Source: an uncultured Alphaproteobacteria bacterium (GTDB lineage: Bacteria > Pseudomonadota > Alphaproteobacteria > RF32 > CAG-239). Taken from it: a stretch of 64,000 bases of DNA. This document shows, one piece after another, positions 1 through 9,288 of this stretch. Numbering within the stretch: the stretch's first letter is position 1; every line of letters starts with the position of its first letter. The stretch covers positions 5,961-69,960 of the forward strand of contig CALXVY010000005.1 in NCBI GenBank assembly GCA_944392255.1, in the 5' to 3' direction. A program made the position numbers and the translations under genes. Under the pieces are notes generated by a model, which was not told where the DNA came from, searched no databases, and was given only the letters and a program-made list of their open reading frames with translations.

Positions 1-264
1 CGTATGGGATATGTTCCGGTAGTAGATGCCACAGGAGCCAATATCATCGTAGAATTTGTTAAAAAGCTGCAACAAACTGATGCCAAGATTATTTTTTCCA
101 ATGTGAAAAAACAACCGCGCCGTGTTTTGCATGATGCGTTTACAAAAGAAGGAATTGATATTCATGGTATTTCAGTGGCATCAACTTTTGAAAATGCATT
201 AAAAATGACGAAAAGATATTTAAAAATGCATGATGAAGGAGAAACTGAAAAGAGCGCTGAATAA
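1..264 (+). CDS. C-terminal STAS domain of a SulP-family anion transporter (5'-truncated by the window edge)
   Basis: The frame is open from nt 1. The segment VPVVDATGANIIVEFVKKL...KIIFSNVKKQPRRVLHDAF...FENAL matches the STAS-domain pattern at the C-terminus of SulP permeases. Confidence 0.55.
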   Translation, partial: RMGYVPVVDATGANIIVEFVKKLQQTDAKIIFSNVKKQPRRVLHDAFTKEGIDIHGISVASTFENALKMTKRYLKMHDEGETEKSAE

Positions 265-417
265 CATAAGTTATATGTTGCTTTTTTGAAACAAAAGGCG
301 ATAATAAACAAAAAAATAGTGCATTAAATGCGAATTTAATTCGATTTTAAACATTTGACAATTTTAATACATTACATATATAATATGTGTTGAAATTTGA
401 ATAAAAAGGATGAAAAA

Positions 418-969
418 ATGATTTTTGCATTAGTTTTATTGTTTGTTACCGCCTTTAGTTTACCCGCACTTGCCAATCCGGCATGTGCCGTATGCACCGT
501 TGCTGTTGGTGCATCTTTGGAAATTGCCCGCCAATTTGGTGTTGATGACAGTGTCGTTGGCGTCTGGGGAGGGGCTTTTATGGCTCTGTTGGGATTTTGG
601 CTGATTAAATGGTTTGATAATAAAGGTTGGAATTTCAAAGGCCGTGATTTTTGGCTCATTAGCTTGAGTGTTGCGATGATTGGTTTTATGTATATGGGAC
701 AATTGACCTATGCACCTAAGCCGATTCTCATTTTTTATCTTGATCCATTCTTATTTAGTTCCATTTTAGGAGCTTTGGTATTTATCTGGGCTTCAGACTT
801 TTATCAATGGATGAAAGCAAAGAATGGTGGACACGCTCATTTCCCGTTTGAAAAAGTAGTCGTTCCGGTCGTGGCTTTGGCTCTTGTCAGCACATGGTTT
901 TATTACAATCCGTTATGCACACCGACGCCGGCTGCCAATGCAGAAGATTTGCTGAGTTTTATGGAGTAA
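418..969 (+). CDS. Hypothetical integral membrane protein with signal peptide and CxxC motif
   Basis: ATG at 418 is preceded by AAGGA at 406-410; the ORF-track start at 397 is TTG. The product has a signal-like N-terminus (FALVLLFVTAFSLPALA), CAVC, and about 4 hydrophobic helices. No family recognised. Confidence 0.6.
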   Translation: MIFALVLLFVTAFSLPALANPACAVCTVAVGASLEIARQFGVDDSVVGVWGGAFMALLGFWLIKWFDNKGWNFKGRDFWLISLSVAMIGFMYMGQLTYAPKPILIFYLDPFLFSSILGALVFIWASDFYQWMKAKNGGHAHFPFEKVVVPVVALALVSTWFYYNPLCTPTPAANAEDLLSFME

Positions 970-974
970 AATAA

Positions 975-1556
975 ATGAACAAAGCTAAAAGTGTTAAAGA
1001 ATTTGTTGAAAGAATAGATAGTTCCAAAAAGGTCAATCCTAAAGATTTGTCTTCAGACCAAGATTTGACTATCGCTATAATGAATTTGATTTCCATAGAA
1101 GAACACTTGGCATTTTCCGGAGCTAAAACCGGCAAAACAGCCTTTTATGATTTGATAGAAGAAGTCAGAGAAAAAAGAAAAAATCTGATGCAAAAAATCA
1201 TTCCTTCTTATGAAGGCGAGGTATGGTGCATCTCCAAACACCTGTTGGCATCATCCATGCGTTTGATGGAAGTTGGTACCAAACAACAAAGTTTAGGACA
1301 TAAAGAGCAAGCTTATGATTTATTCAATCAAGCTTATGAACTCTATTGTTTGTTCTGGGGCTTAAATATGAATATGTTGAATGTTGCCGATGTTAAATGG
1401 GTTGAAGATAGTGTAGAAGATGTAAAAAAACTCACATCTAAAGTCAATGAAAACTTGGCTGCAACAGTTCCAGCGGCAGAAGAAAAAGAACCGCAAGGTG
1501 CTTTGGCAAAGATGAAAGCTTTTGTCAGAAAAGCTGTAGATTGTTGTATAGAATAA
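975..1556 (+). CDS. Hypothetical soluble helical protein, operonic with 418-969, ending in CCIE
   Basis: It starts 6 nt after the upstream stop and is followed by a strong terminator. The product is alpha-helical and ends ...AVDCCIE. No family recognised. Confidence 0.6.
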   Translation: MNKAKSVKEFVERIDSSKKVNPKDLSSDQDLTIAIMNLISIEEHLAFSGAKTGKTAFYDLIEEVREKRKNLMQKIIPSYEGEVWCISKHLLASSMRLMEVGTKQQSLGHKEQAYDLFNQAYELYCLFWGLNMNMLNVADVKWVEDSVEDVKKLTSKVNENLAATVPAAEEKEPQGALAKMKAFVRKAVDCCIE

Positions 1557-1570
1557 CCTATCTGGTGTAG

Positions 1571-1598
1571 AAAAGGCCCGTTTTTACGGGCTTTTTTT
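1571..1598 (+). terminator. Rho-independent terminator
   Basis: Stem GCCCG (1576-1580) / CGGGC (1587-1591) followed by a T-run at 1592-1598. Confidence 0.75.
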
Positions 1599-1680
1599 AT
1601 TGCGTTTTAGCAAAATTAATGATATAGAAAACGCAAAAGAATATAATTTTGTATATTAGTGATGTTAAAAAAATAAAATT

Positions 1681-2220
1681 ATGGTTACAGAAATTCCCAT
1701 TTTTTTAAGTTTGGCAACGGAAATCAGTTTGCCCGATTTTGAAACAAAATTGCAAGCAATTGGCTTGGGTGAAATAACGCCCTATGAGGCGGTCTATCTG
1801 GATAAGGATCATCAAAAAAATTGTTTTGCATTTAATGTTGAAGGTGCAAATCAAGATGAAATTTTACAAAAATTAGCAAAGATTTCAGCCTTAAATTTAG
1901 GACGTATAGACTTTGCCAGCATCAAATTTTGCGGTAGAGGGGCTCATTGCTGTTTTTCGGTTGTAAATATGTCGCTCGTAGATTTGTCCGCTTATGTCAT
2001 AGGCTATATAAGCGATACGGAATTTACGGCATATTTAATGAAAAGAAATGAAAAAATGACCTATCTGATATCTATTTTGGATCCGAACTATTTAAATAGT
2101 TTGGATTATCCGGCACAATTCAAAGAAATAAAAGATTGGCAAGATGAAGCCAAATATATTTTAGAATATTTACATGCCGGCTCTATAGATTTTATGACAA
2201 TAGGTTATCATAGAATGTAG
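1681..2220 (+). CDS. Hypothetical protein (179 aa)
   Basis: Long ORF bounded by terminators on both sides. No recognisable motif. Confidence 0.5.
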   Translation: MVTEIPIFLSLATEISLPDFETKLQAIGLGEITPYEAVYLDKDHQKNCFAFNVEGANQDEILQKLAKISALNLGRIDFASIKFCGRGAHCCFSVVNMSLVDLSAYVIGYISDTEFTAYLMKRNEKMTYLISILDPNYLNSLDYPAQFKEIKDWQDEAKYILEYLHAGSIDFMTIGYHRM

Positions 2221-2221
2221 T

Positions 2222-2265
2222 AAAAAAGAGGCGCTTTCCCTTACATGAGGAAAACGCCTTTTTTT
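2222..2265. terminator. Bidirectional terminator between convergent genes
   Basis: A-run, then stem GGCG-TTTCC / GGAAA-CGCC, then T-run. It lies between the convergent stops at 2220 and 2269. Confidence 0.65.
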
Positions 2266-2268
2266 AAT

Positions 2269-2883
2269 TTAAGCTATTAGACCATTAAAAAAAGAATTCT
2301 TTTCAGCAGCTTGTTTCCAAGCTTGAAGTACAGCATTTTTAACTGTTGTGGTCATCGGTTCAGTCCAGCTTTCGCGCAGTAAAAGTTCTTCTTTTACCTC
2401 AGGTGTCAGGTCGAGTTCAATTTTAATCTCAGGTCCACGAACACTGCGCGGTTCATAAAATTTTCCATAGACCCAAAATTCGGAACCATCGCGAACTTCA
2501 AGAAAAGCGGCGGCTTGACCGCAATTGTATGTACGTTTAGCCAACAGATGATCTTCTTGAAAAACATCAGCTCCTTTGAAAAAGACATGTTTTTTAGCCG
2601 CTTCATGCCAAGCAATTTTAATCGCTTGACGAAGATCTGAACTTTTAGATGTAGCAAAATGATTTTCGTTCAAGAAAATCTGTTTAATCTCATCAGGCAA
2701 AGTATCAACTTGAAATTCGGGACCATCAAGCCAATGCCAATCATGGAATTGCCCTCTAACCCAAATCTCATTTTTGTTGCGAAGTTCTAGAAAAGCACGC
2801 GTTTTTTCCTGATTATAAATTTTTTTAGAAATCAATTTTTTTCCGGTAATAGCCGCAATTACAGATAAAGTGTTATTTTTCAT
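2269..2883 (-). CDS. Hypothetical protein built from two tandem copies of an ~85-aa domain
   Basis: The halves align: AFLELRNKNEIWVRGQF...GPEF...AIKIAWHEAAKKHVFFKG versus AFLEVRDGSEFWVYGKF...GPEI...AVLQAWKQAAEKNSFFNG. Confidence 0.6.
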   Translation of the reverse strand: MKNNTLSVIAAITGKKLISKKIYNQEKTRAFLELRNKNEIWVRGQFHDWHWLDGPEFQVDTLPDEIKQIFLNENHFATSKSSDLRQAIKIAWHEAAKKHVFFKGADVFQEDHLLAKRTYNCGQAAAFLEVRDGSEFWVYGKFYEPRSVRGPEIKIELDLTPEVKEELLLRESWTEPMTTTVKNAVLQAWKQAAEKNSFFNGLIA

Positions 2884-2963
2884 AATTATATATATTTAAT
2901 AAAATTCAGGAACATAGATTTATTACATTTTCTGAAGAATTGCAAGTTTTTTTATTTTTAGAT

Positions 2964-2994
2964 AAAAAAAGCGCTCAATATCAAATTGAGCGCT
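2964..2994 (-). terminator. Rho-independent terminator of ppiD
   Basis: Stem AGCGCTCAAT / ATTGAGCGCT, followed by a T-run on the minus strand (A-run at 2964-2970 on plus). Confidence 0.75.
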
Positions 2995-3018
2995 TGTGTT
3001 TAGAGATATGAATTAGGA

Positions 3019-4908
3019 TTAAATATCGCCTAAACCGGCTTCTTTGTAATCCACATTTACTTTGTAGTTTGCGCCATAAGCTTCAACTAATTGATTAGCT
3101 GCTTCTTGTGAAATTTCGGCAGAAGATTTCATAAGCAAAGCATTAGCTTCATCTTTAGAGAGCTTTTTATTGGCATCAATAACCTTATCAGCAACAGCAA
3201 TGATGGTAATATTGTCCTGAGCATATACTTTAGCGCTGTTCAAAGGCTCGTTGAACATTTCTTTCATTTGAAGCCCATTAAGGTTGGCAAAGTTTTCATT
3301 TCTTTTTAAGGGTTTTGTTGTATTAAGCTTGAGCTTAAAACGAGTAGCCACTTCACTAATACTGTCCCCATTTTCCAGATCGTGAGTAACATCATTAACA
3401 ATTTCTTGAGCAATGGCAGAACGTTCATTATCAGCCCACATTTTTTCAATTTCAGGCTTAACATCGTTAATATCCATTGGGTGAGCATCAACAATAGCAT
3501 CAACATTAACAATAACAAAACCGTCTTCTTCTTCAATCACCTGACTAATTTCATTAACGTTGTAAGAGAAAACCGCGTCAACAAAATCGGTTGATTTTAA
3601 GAGTTTTTCTTGACCTTTGCTGATGAATTTTGCTTTGCCTTGATCATCAATACCTTTAACATTATAAATTGTTGCTTGATTATCTTGAGCAATTTCGGCA
3701 AAAGTTTTTCCGGCACCGATTTCATCTTCAATCTTAGCCATTTTTTCATAAGCAATATCATAAGCTTTTTCTTTGCGCAGTTCATTGATAATTTTTTTAT
3801 CGGCAGTAGCGCGAGGCATTTCAGATTTAGCCTTAACACCAATAAGCTTCATGATATGCCACCCCATTTCAGATTTAACCGGACCGGCAATTTCATTTTT
3901 CTTAGCTTCAAACATACGATCACCCATATCGGCAATGAGCTGGTCCTTAGCCACCCAACCAAGTTCGGTAGCTTCTTTATCTTGGTTAGCCATTTCTTTG
4001 GCAACAGCATAGAAGTCTTGACCGGCATTAAGTTTTTGCATAGCGGCAAAAGCATCATCTTCTTTATCAAAGACCATTTGCAAAATATTGCGTTTTTCGG
4101 GAGTAACAAATTGGTCGATATGCTCCTCGTAATATGTTTGGATTTCTTCTTGAGAAGGGGCATATTGAGCGGCCATATTGTCAAGAGCAAGAACAATAAA
4201 AGAAGCATCGCGTTTTTCTGGCTCAGTAAATTGAGCAGAAAAATCTTGATAATATTGCTCTAATTCATCTTGAGAAATTTTACGATCAATCGGCAATTTA
4301 TCCGTATCTATTGTGATAAATTTAAATACTTTCTGTTGGTTGGCAATTTTTTCCAAATAAGGAGACATAAAACTAGGAACATTAAAACCGCTAACCAAAC
4401 CTTGTACAAGATGTTGTTTGACAATATCTTGTTTGAGAGTTTGAATATATTTATCTTCATTCCAGCCGGAGAGGGCAAGCAAACGAGAAAATTTTTCGTG
4501 ACTAAACTGTCCGTTAGCATCTAAAAATTCAGCTTGAGAGAAGATAATTTGACGAATATAGTCATCGCTGATACTTACGCCCAAATCTTGAGCTGTAGCT
4601 TGCATAATGGCATTAACAAGTTCTTTTTGCATAATATTCTGCAAAATAGCCACTTTCATAGCTTCATTTATATTTAAGTTTTCACCAAAGAGGTTTTGAG
4701 CCATTTGCAATTCATGAGCATATTCGGCATTAATTTCGGCTTTATTGATTTTTACATCATCGACCTCAATGACGGGATTATTTTTTCCGGCACTGCCGAT
4801 ATAGCTGGTAATACCGAACAAAGAAACAAAACTCAAGGCCGTAAGAGTTAATAAAATCTTGATAATCCAAGAATCTTTAAATTTGGACAATTTAGTAATC
4901 ATTTTCAT
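3019..4908 (-). CDS. ppiD: Periplasmic chaperone / peptidyl-prolyl isomerase PpiD-like
   Basis: 629 aa with an N-terminal membrane anchor (IIKILLTLTALSFVSLFGI), a SurA-N-like region and a parvulin-like segment (EMGWHIMKLIGVK). It is divergent from tpiA, as I recall for many alphaproteobacteria. Confidence 0.7.
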   Translation of the reverse strand: MKMITKLSKFKDSWIIKILLTLTALSFVSLFGITSYIGSAGKNNPVIEVDDVKINKAEINAEYAHELQMAQNLFGENLNINEAMKVAILQNIMQKELVNAIMQATAQDLGVSISDDYIRQIIFSQAEFLDANGQFSHEKFSRLLALSGWNEDKYIQTLKQDIVKQHLVQGLVSGFNVPSFMSPYLEKIANQQKVFKFITIDTDKLPIDRKISQDELEQYYQDFSAQFTEPEKRDASFIVLALDNMAAQYAPSQEEIQTYYEEHIDQFVTPEKRNILQMVFDKEDDAFAAMQKLNAGQDFYAVAKEMANQDKEATELGWVAKDQLIADMGDRMFEAKKNEIAGPVKSEMGWHIMKLIGVKAKSEMPRATADKKIINELRKEKAYDIAYEKMAKIEDEIGAGKTFAEIAQDNQATIYNVKGIDDQGKAKFISKGQEKLLKSTDFVDAVFSYNVNEISQVIEEEDGFVIVNVDAIVDAHPMDINDVKPEIEKMWADNERSAIAQEIVNDVTHDLENGDSISEVATRFKLKLNTTKPLKRNENFANLNGLQMKEMFNEPLNSAKVYAQDNITIIAVADKVIDANKKLSKDEANALLMKSSAEISQEAANQLVEAYGANYKVNVDYKEAGLGDI

Positions 4909-5099
4909 CCACCTTAAAACAAATATTCAAAATTGAAGCAATTATAAAACATTTTTGTTAGATGTCTTTATAATATTTAAAGTAATACACGAAAATGTTT
5001 ATAAAATAATGGTGTTAAAAAGTTTTTTTAACTGGAAAATTAAAATTTGTTATGTTAAATAGAAGGCAAACGTGTTTTTATTAAGAAAAGGATATAAAA

Positions 5100-5861
5100 A
5101 TGGCTAGAAAAATTATGATTGCCGGTAACTGGAAGATGAATGGTCTTTTGGAAGACGGTGTTGCTCTGGCAAAAGGTGTTGCTGCAGAAGTCAAAAAAAT
5201 GGGAAAACCGGAATGCGAATTTTTGGTTTGCCCGCCATTCACATTGATAACTTCGGTCAAAAAAGCTTTGCGCGGTGCAAAGGTTGCTTTAGGTGCGCAA
5301 GATTGCCATTTTAATGAAAAAGGTGCTCACACTGGTGATATTAGTCCGGTTATGTTAAAAGATGCCGGCTGCCAATATGTCATTACCGGTCACTCAGAAA
5401 GAAGAGCCGATCATGGTGAGAGCAATGAACTCATTTGCAAAAAATCTCAAGCAGCATATAATGCCGGCTTGAAAGTAATTATCTGCATTGGTGAAACCTT
5501 GGCTGAACGTGATGCCGGTAAGACCATTGATGTTTGCTCAAAACAAATCATGGGTTCTGTTCCAGAAACAGCAACCGCTGCAAACACAGTTATTGCTTAC
5601 GAACCTGTTTGGGCTATTGGTACTGGCAAAACTCCAACTGCTCAAGATGTTGAAGAAGTTCATGCCGCAGTTAGAAAAGTTTTGGCTAAAAAGTTGGGTA
5701 AAGGCAATGCCAACAAAATGCGCATTTTGTACGGCGGTTCTGTAAAACCCAATAACGCTAAAGAATTTTTATCATTGCCGGATGTTGACGGCGCATTAAT
5801 TGGTGGTGCAAGCTTAAAAGTTGAAGACTTCATCGCCATTGCTAAAAATGCCGGTTTTTAA
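5100..5861 (+). CDS. tpiA: Triosephosphate isomerase
   Basis: Motifs [25 protein letters not shown] and YGGSVKP. Confidence 0.95.
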   Translation: MARKIMIAGNWKMNGLLEDGVALAKGVAAEVKKMGKPECEFLVCPPFTLITSVKKALRGAKVALGAQDCHFNEKGAHTGDISPVMLKDAGCQYVITGHSERRADHGESNELICKKSQAAYNAGLKVIICIGETLAERDAGKTIDVCSKQIMGSVPETATAANTVIAYEPVWAIGTGKTPTAQDVEEVHAAVRKVLAKKLGKGNANKMRILYGGSVKPNNAKEFLSLPDVDGALIGGASLKVEDFIAIAKNAGF

Positions 5862-5883
5862 TATAAGAATAAGGATATAAGTT

Positions 5884-6204
5884 ATGGGAACAGTTTTATT
5901 GGTTGTCCATTTGATTGTAGCAATCTTTTTGGTAACAGTCATTTTGTTGCAACGTTCCACAGGTGGTGCATTAGATGGCTTGGGCGGCGGAAGCGGTGCC
6001 AGCAACTTCTTAACGGCACGTGGAAAAGGCAACTTTCTGACTAGATTGACTGCTATTTTGGCAACAATTTTTATTATTACCAGTATTTCGCTGTCTATAT
6101 ATCATAAAGGAAGCGAACGTCCATCAAACTCCATTTTGGATGTAGAAACTTCCACACCTGCCACACAAAATACAGAGCCTCAAGCTCCGGTAGCGGCAGA
6201 TTAA
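5884..6204 (+). CDS. secG: Preprotein translocase subunit SecG
   Basis: Two TM helices flank a glycine-rich loop (LLQRSTGGALDGLGGGSGASNFLT). The position after tpiA is the expected one. Confidence 0.85.
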   Translation: MGTVLLVVHLIVAIFLVTVILLQRSTGGALDGLGGGSGASNFLTARGKGNFLTRLTAILATIFIITSISLSIYHKGSERPSNSILDVETSTPATQNTEPQAPVAAD

Positions 6205-6223
6205 TGAACAACTTAATTAACAT

Positions 6224-6254
6224 AGAGGCACCTTTTTTTAAGGAAGGTGCCTCT
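6224..6254 (+). terminator. Perfect 11-bp hairpin between secG and pyrG (terminator or attenuator)
   Basis: Stem AGAGGCACCTT (6224-6234) / AAGGTGCCTCT (6244-6254). The downstream tract CTCACTTTAAATTTT is only moderately T-rich. Confidence 0.45.
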
Positions 6255-6280
6255 CTCACTTTAAATTTTAAGGAAAAGAT

Positions 6281-7918
6281 ATGTCAGAAAAAACAAAGTT
6301 TATCTTTATCACCGGTGGTGTGGTTTCTTCATTAGGTAAGGGATTAGCATCAGCCTCTTTGGCATCTATTTTGCAATCTCGCGGCTTCAAAGTTCGCATG
6401 AGAAAGTTGGATCCATATTTGAACGTAGACCCCGGAACAATGAGCCCGTATCAACATGGTGAAGTTTATGTAACCGATGATGGTGCCGAAACTGACTTGG
6501 ATTTAGGTCACTATGAACGCTTTTCCGGTGTGTCTTGTCATAAAACAGATAGCATAACAACCGGAAAGATTTATCAACGAGTAATTGATAAAGAACGTCA
6601 TGGAGATTATTTGGGCGCTACCATTCAGGTTATTCCTCACGTTACTAATGAAATTAAAGATTTCATTTTGTCAGATATCAGTGATGAAGACTTTGTTTTG
6701 TGCGAAATCGGCGGTACGGTTGGTGATATTGAAGGACAGCCTTATTTGGAAGCTATCCGTCAAATAGCATATGACTTGGGTCGTGAAAGAGCTATGTTTA
6801 TTCATGTTACCTTATTGCCATATATTCCGGCAGCAGGTGAGCTAAAAACCAAACCGACGCAACACTCGGTTAAAAAGCTGCAAGAATATGGAATTCAGCC
6901 GGATATGTTGCTTTGCCGTTCTCAATGTCCGATTCCGCAAAATGAAAAAAGAAAAATTGCTTTATTCTGCAATATCAGAGAAGAAAATGTTATTGCCGCA
7001 TTGGATGTAGATAATATTTACCAAGTGCCAATTGCATATTCTCACGAAGGAATGGACAGACAAGTTTGCAAACATTTCGGTATTGAATGTGAGGGAGAAC
7101 CCGATTTAAGCAAATGGGAAAAAATTGTTGATATTATTCGTCATCCCGAAGGTGAAGTTAAAATTGCCGTTGTTGGAAAATATATGCAATTATTGGAAGC
7201 ATACAAATCCATTCATGAGGCTTTGGTGCATGGCGGAATTGCCAATAAATATAAAGTCAAAATTAAATGGGTTGATTCTGAATTGTTGGAAAAAAGCGAA
7301 CCGGATATTTATTTGTCTGACGTATCAGCCATTTTGGTTCCGGGAGGCTTTGGTCAACGTGGTACCAATGGTAAGATAGAAGCTGTTAAATATGCTCGTG
7401 AAAACAACATTCCGTTTTTGGGAATTTGTTATGGTATGCAAATGGCAGTTATTGAAACAATGCGCGATGTGGCTGGTGTTGCCAATGCTTACACAACAGA
7501 ATTAAATCCCAATTGTGAGCCGGTTGTCGGTTTGATGACAGAATGGGAAAAAGATGGAGACAAAGAAAAACGCACACAAGACGGTGATTTGGGTGGTACC
7601 ATGCGTTTGGGAGCATATCCATGCGTTTTGGCAAAAGATTCTTTGGCACGCAAGGTTTACGGAAGTGATAAAATTTCTGAGCGCCATCGTCATCGCTATG
7701 AAGTAAATATGAAGTATGAAAAACAATTAAATGATGCAGGTATGGTCATTACCGGAAAATCTCCGGATGGTAGATTGCCTGAAATTGTTGAAATTCCGGC
7801 ACATCCATGGTTTATAGGTGTTCAATTCCATCCGGAATTGAAATCAAAACCATTTGATCCGCATCCTTTGTTTGTATCATTTGTCAAAGCGGCAATAGAC
7901 AAACAAAATAAAAAATAA
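6281..7918 (+). CDS. pyrG: CTP synthase
   Basis: 545 aa with [10 protein letters not shown] at the N-terminus and GICYGMQ in the glutaminase domain. The sequence looks PyrG-like end to end. Confidence 0.97.
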   Translation: MSEKTKFIFITGGVVSSLGKGLASASLASILQSRGFKVRMRKLDPYLNVDPGTMSPYQHGEVYVTDDGAETDLDLGHYERFSGVSCHKTDSITTGKIYQRVIDKERHGDYLGATIQVIPHVTNEIKDFILSDISDEDFVLCEIGGTVGDIEGQPYLEAIRQIAYDLGRERAMFIHVTLLPYIPAAGELKTKPTQHSVKKLQEYGIQPDMLLCRSQCPIPQNEKRKIALFCNIREENVIAALDVDNIYQVPIAYSHEGMDRQVCKHFGIECEGEPDLSKWEKIVDIIRHPEGEVKIAVVGKYMQLLEAYKSIHEALVHGGIANKYKVKIKWVDSELLEKSEPDIYLSDVSAILVPGGFGQRGTNGKIEAVKYARENNIPFLGICYGMQMAVIETMRDVAGVANAYTTELNPNCEPVVGLMTEWEKDGDKEKRTQDGDLGGTMRLGAYPCVLAKDSLARKVYGSDKISERHRHRYEVNMKYEKQLNDAGMVITGKSPDGRLPEIVEIPAHPWFIGVQFHPELKSKPFDPHPLFVSFVKAAIDKQNKK

Positions 7919-7930
7919 AAGAAAGAAAAG

Positions 7931-7964
7931 CAAACCCCTCATAAAATTTGAGGGGTTTGTTTTA
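7931..7964 (+). terminator. Rho-independent terminator of pyrG
   Basis: Stem CAAACCCCTCA / TGAGGGGTTTG followed by TTTT. Confidence 0.8.
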
Positions 7965-8041
7965 TAAGTATTGCAATATAAAAAAAGCGTGCTATAACAA
8001 TCGAACGCTTTTTTTATTATTAACTTAAAAAACTTAAGACT

Positions 8042-9151
8042 ATGTGTACAGTAACAGCTATGGACAATGTTCGTAAAGCTTACGACGAGTATCATTATTC
8101 TTCTGATTGTTTTGATTTCAGAACAGATGCAAGATTGGAGAAAATGATTTATCTGATTAAAGGAACAGATGAGTTAAGCAACAAAATTGCATCGGAAATC
8201 AGAGGCAAACATTCATTTTACAGTACTTATACAATAGCAAGTGATTTGTGTGCCGCACCGACAGCAGAGCAAATTCAAGATCTTATAGTTCATATACAGG
8301 GATTGAATTTGCAAGGAAGCGGTATGCTGATTGCCAACAAATATTACTATTCAAGATTAATAGAAGTAAGTCCGTCGTTTATTCATACCTTGGCGTTGAT
8401 TCGTCCGGATTATGACACAGACTACATTCAATTGATGGTAGATTTTAATATTGGACGTCACTATGCTTCTCGCGTAAAAGTGCTGAAAGAGAAAAATGCC
8501 GCAAAGGTAGGGGTAAGTAACTATTACAAAAATATCATGCCGTTTGATGTTTTGGTCTTGCCTGCGGTAGAAAGCTTGCGCAGTTTGGTGAGTGCTGCTT
8601 ATATCTATCAAGAGATTAAGCTGCGCTACAATATCACGCCGAAAGTTTATGTACAATGTTCTGTTGAAGTAAACGCAGAGAAAGAGCTGGCAGAAAAACT
8701 ACTTTCTGCTCTTTGTGTCGAAGATATTAATTTTATTAAGTATCAAGACACGCAAACACTTTCAGAAGTTGTTTCCAATCGCCGAGTTTTGTTTGTCACA
8801 CCACAGAGATGTTCACTTAAAAAATATCATGATGTGGAAAAAATGCGCAAGGAACTGAAGTTTTCACCGCGCTTTTATGTGGTCAAAGAAAATTTGGACG
8901 AACTTTTAAGTGGTTCAGAATATTGGAAAAAACAAATATTCAAAGATATTTGCAATAGTCTGAATGTGGCAGAGCAAACAGAAGAAGTGATGTCTTTGCG
9001 TGAAAGTTTGGAAGAAAAAATCAAAGAAGAGACAGTACCTTTAACAGAAGAATTGTCAAAAGAGAAACAGCAAGAAGAAGCAATCTCTTGCAAAATTGAA
9101 GAGCTGATTGAAAAACATCATGCTTATTTGAAACATTTGTTCAAAATTTAG
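8042..9151 (+). CDS. Hypothetical protein (369 aa) with acidic coiled-coil C-terminus
   Basis: Long ORF insulated by terminators on both sides. The C-terminus is rich in E/K heptad-like sequence. No family recognised. Confidence 0.55.
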   Translation: MCTVTAMDNVRKAYDEYHYSSDCFDFRTDARLEKMIYLIKGTDELSNKIASEIRGKHSFYSTYTIASDLCAAPTAEQIQDLIVHIQGLNLQGSGMLIANKYYYSRLIEVSPSFIHTLALIRPDYDTDYIQLMVDFNIGRHYASRVKVLKEKNAAKVGVSNYYKNIMPFDVLVLPAVESLRSLVSAAYIYQEIKLRYNITPKVYVQCSVEVNAEKELAEKLLSALCVEDINFIKYQDTQTLSEVVSNRRVLFVTPQRCSLKKYHDVEKMRKELKFSPRFYVVKENLDELLSGSEYWKKQIFKDICNSLNVAEQTEEVMSLRESLEEKIKEETVPLTEELSKEKQQEEAISCKIEELIEKHHAYLKHLFKI

Positions 9152-9165
9152 TTGCTAAAAAAGAA

Positions 9166-9202
9166 AACCGTCAAAAGAATAGAATCTTTTGGCGGTTTTT
9201 TG
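9166..9202 (+). terminator. Rho-independent terminator
   Basis: Stem AACCGTCAAAAG / CTTTTGGCGGTT followed by a T-run. Confidence 0.75.
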
Positions 9203-9288
9203 TTGTTTTTAAGTTGAGGAAAAACATTGCTTTGAAAAGAGTTTTTTGCTATGAAAAAAAATATTGATTAACTTTAAGGAAAATAAGA

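Noticed and set aside
5033-5060. Candidate dif (XerC/XerD) site: perfect XerD-arm TTATGTTAAAT at 5050-5060 in the ppiD/tpiA intergenic region
   Set aside because: The 11 nt where the XerC arm should lie (TGGAAAATTAA) match the consensus (GGTGCGCATAA) at only about 4 positions. I estimate a lone 11-mer of this AT-rich composition has roughly a one-in-three chance of occurring in the window by chance. It would be worth revisiting only if GC-skew places the terminus here.
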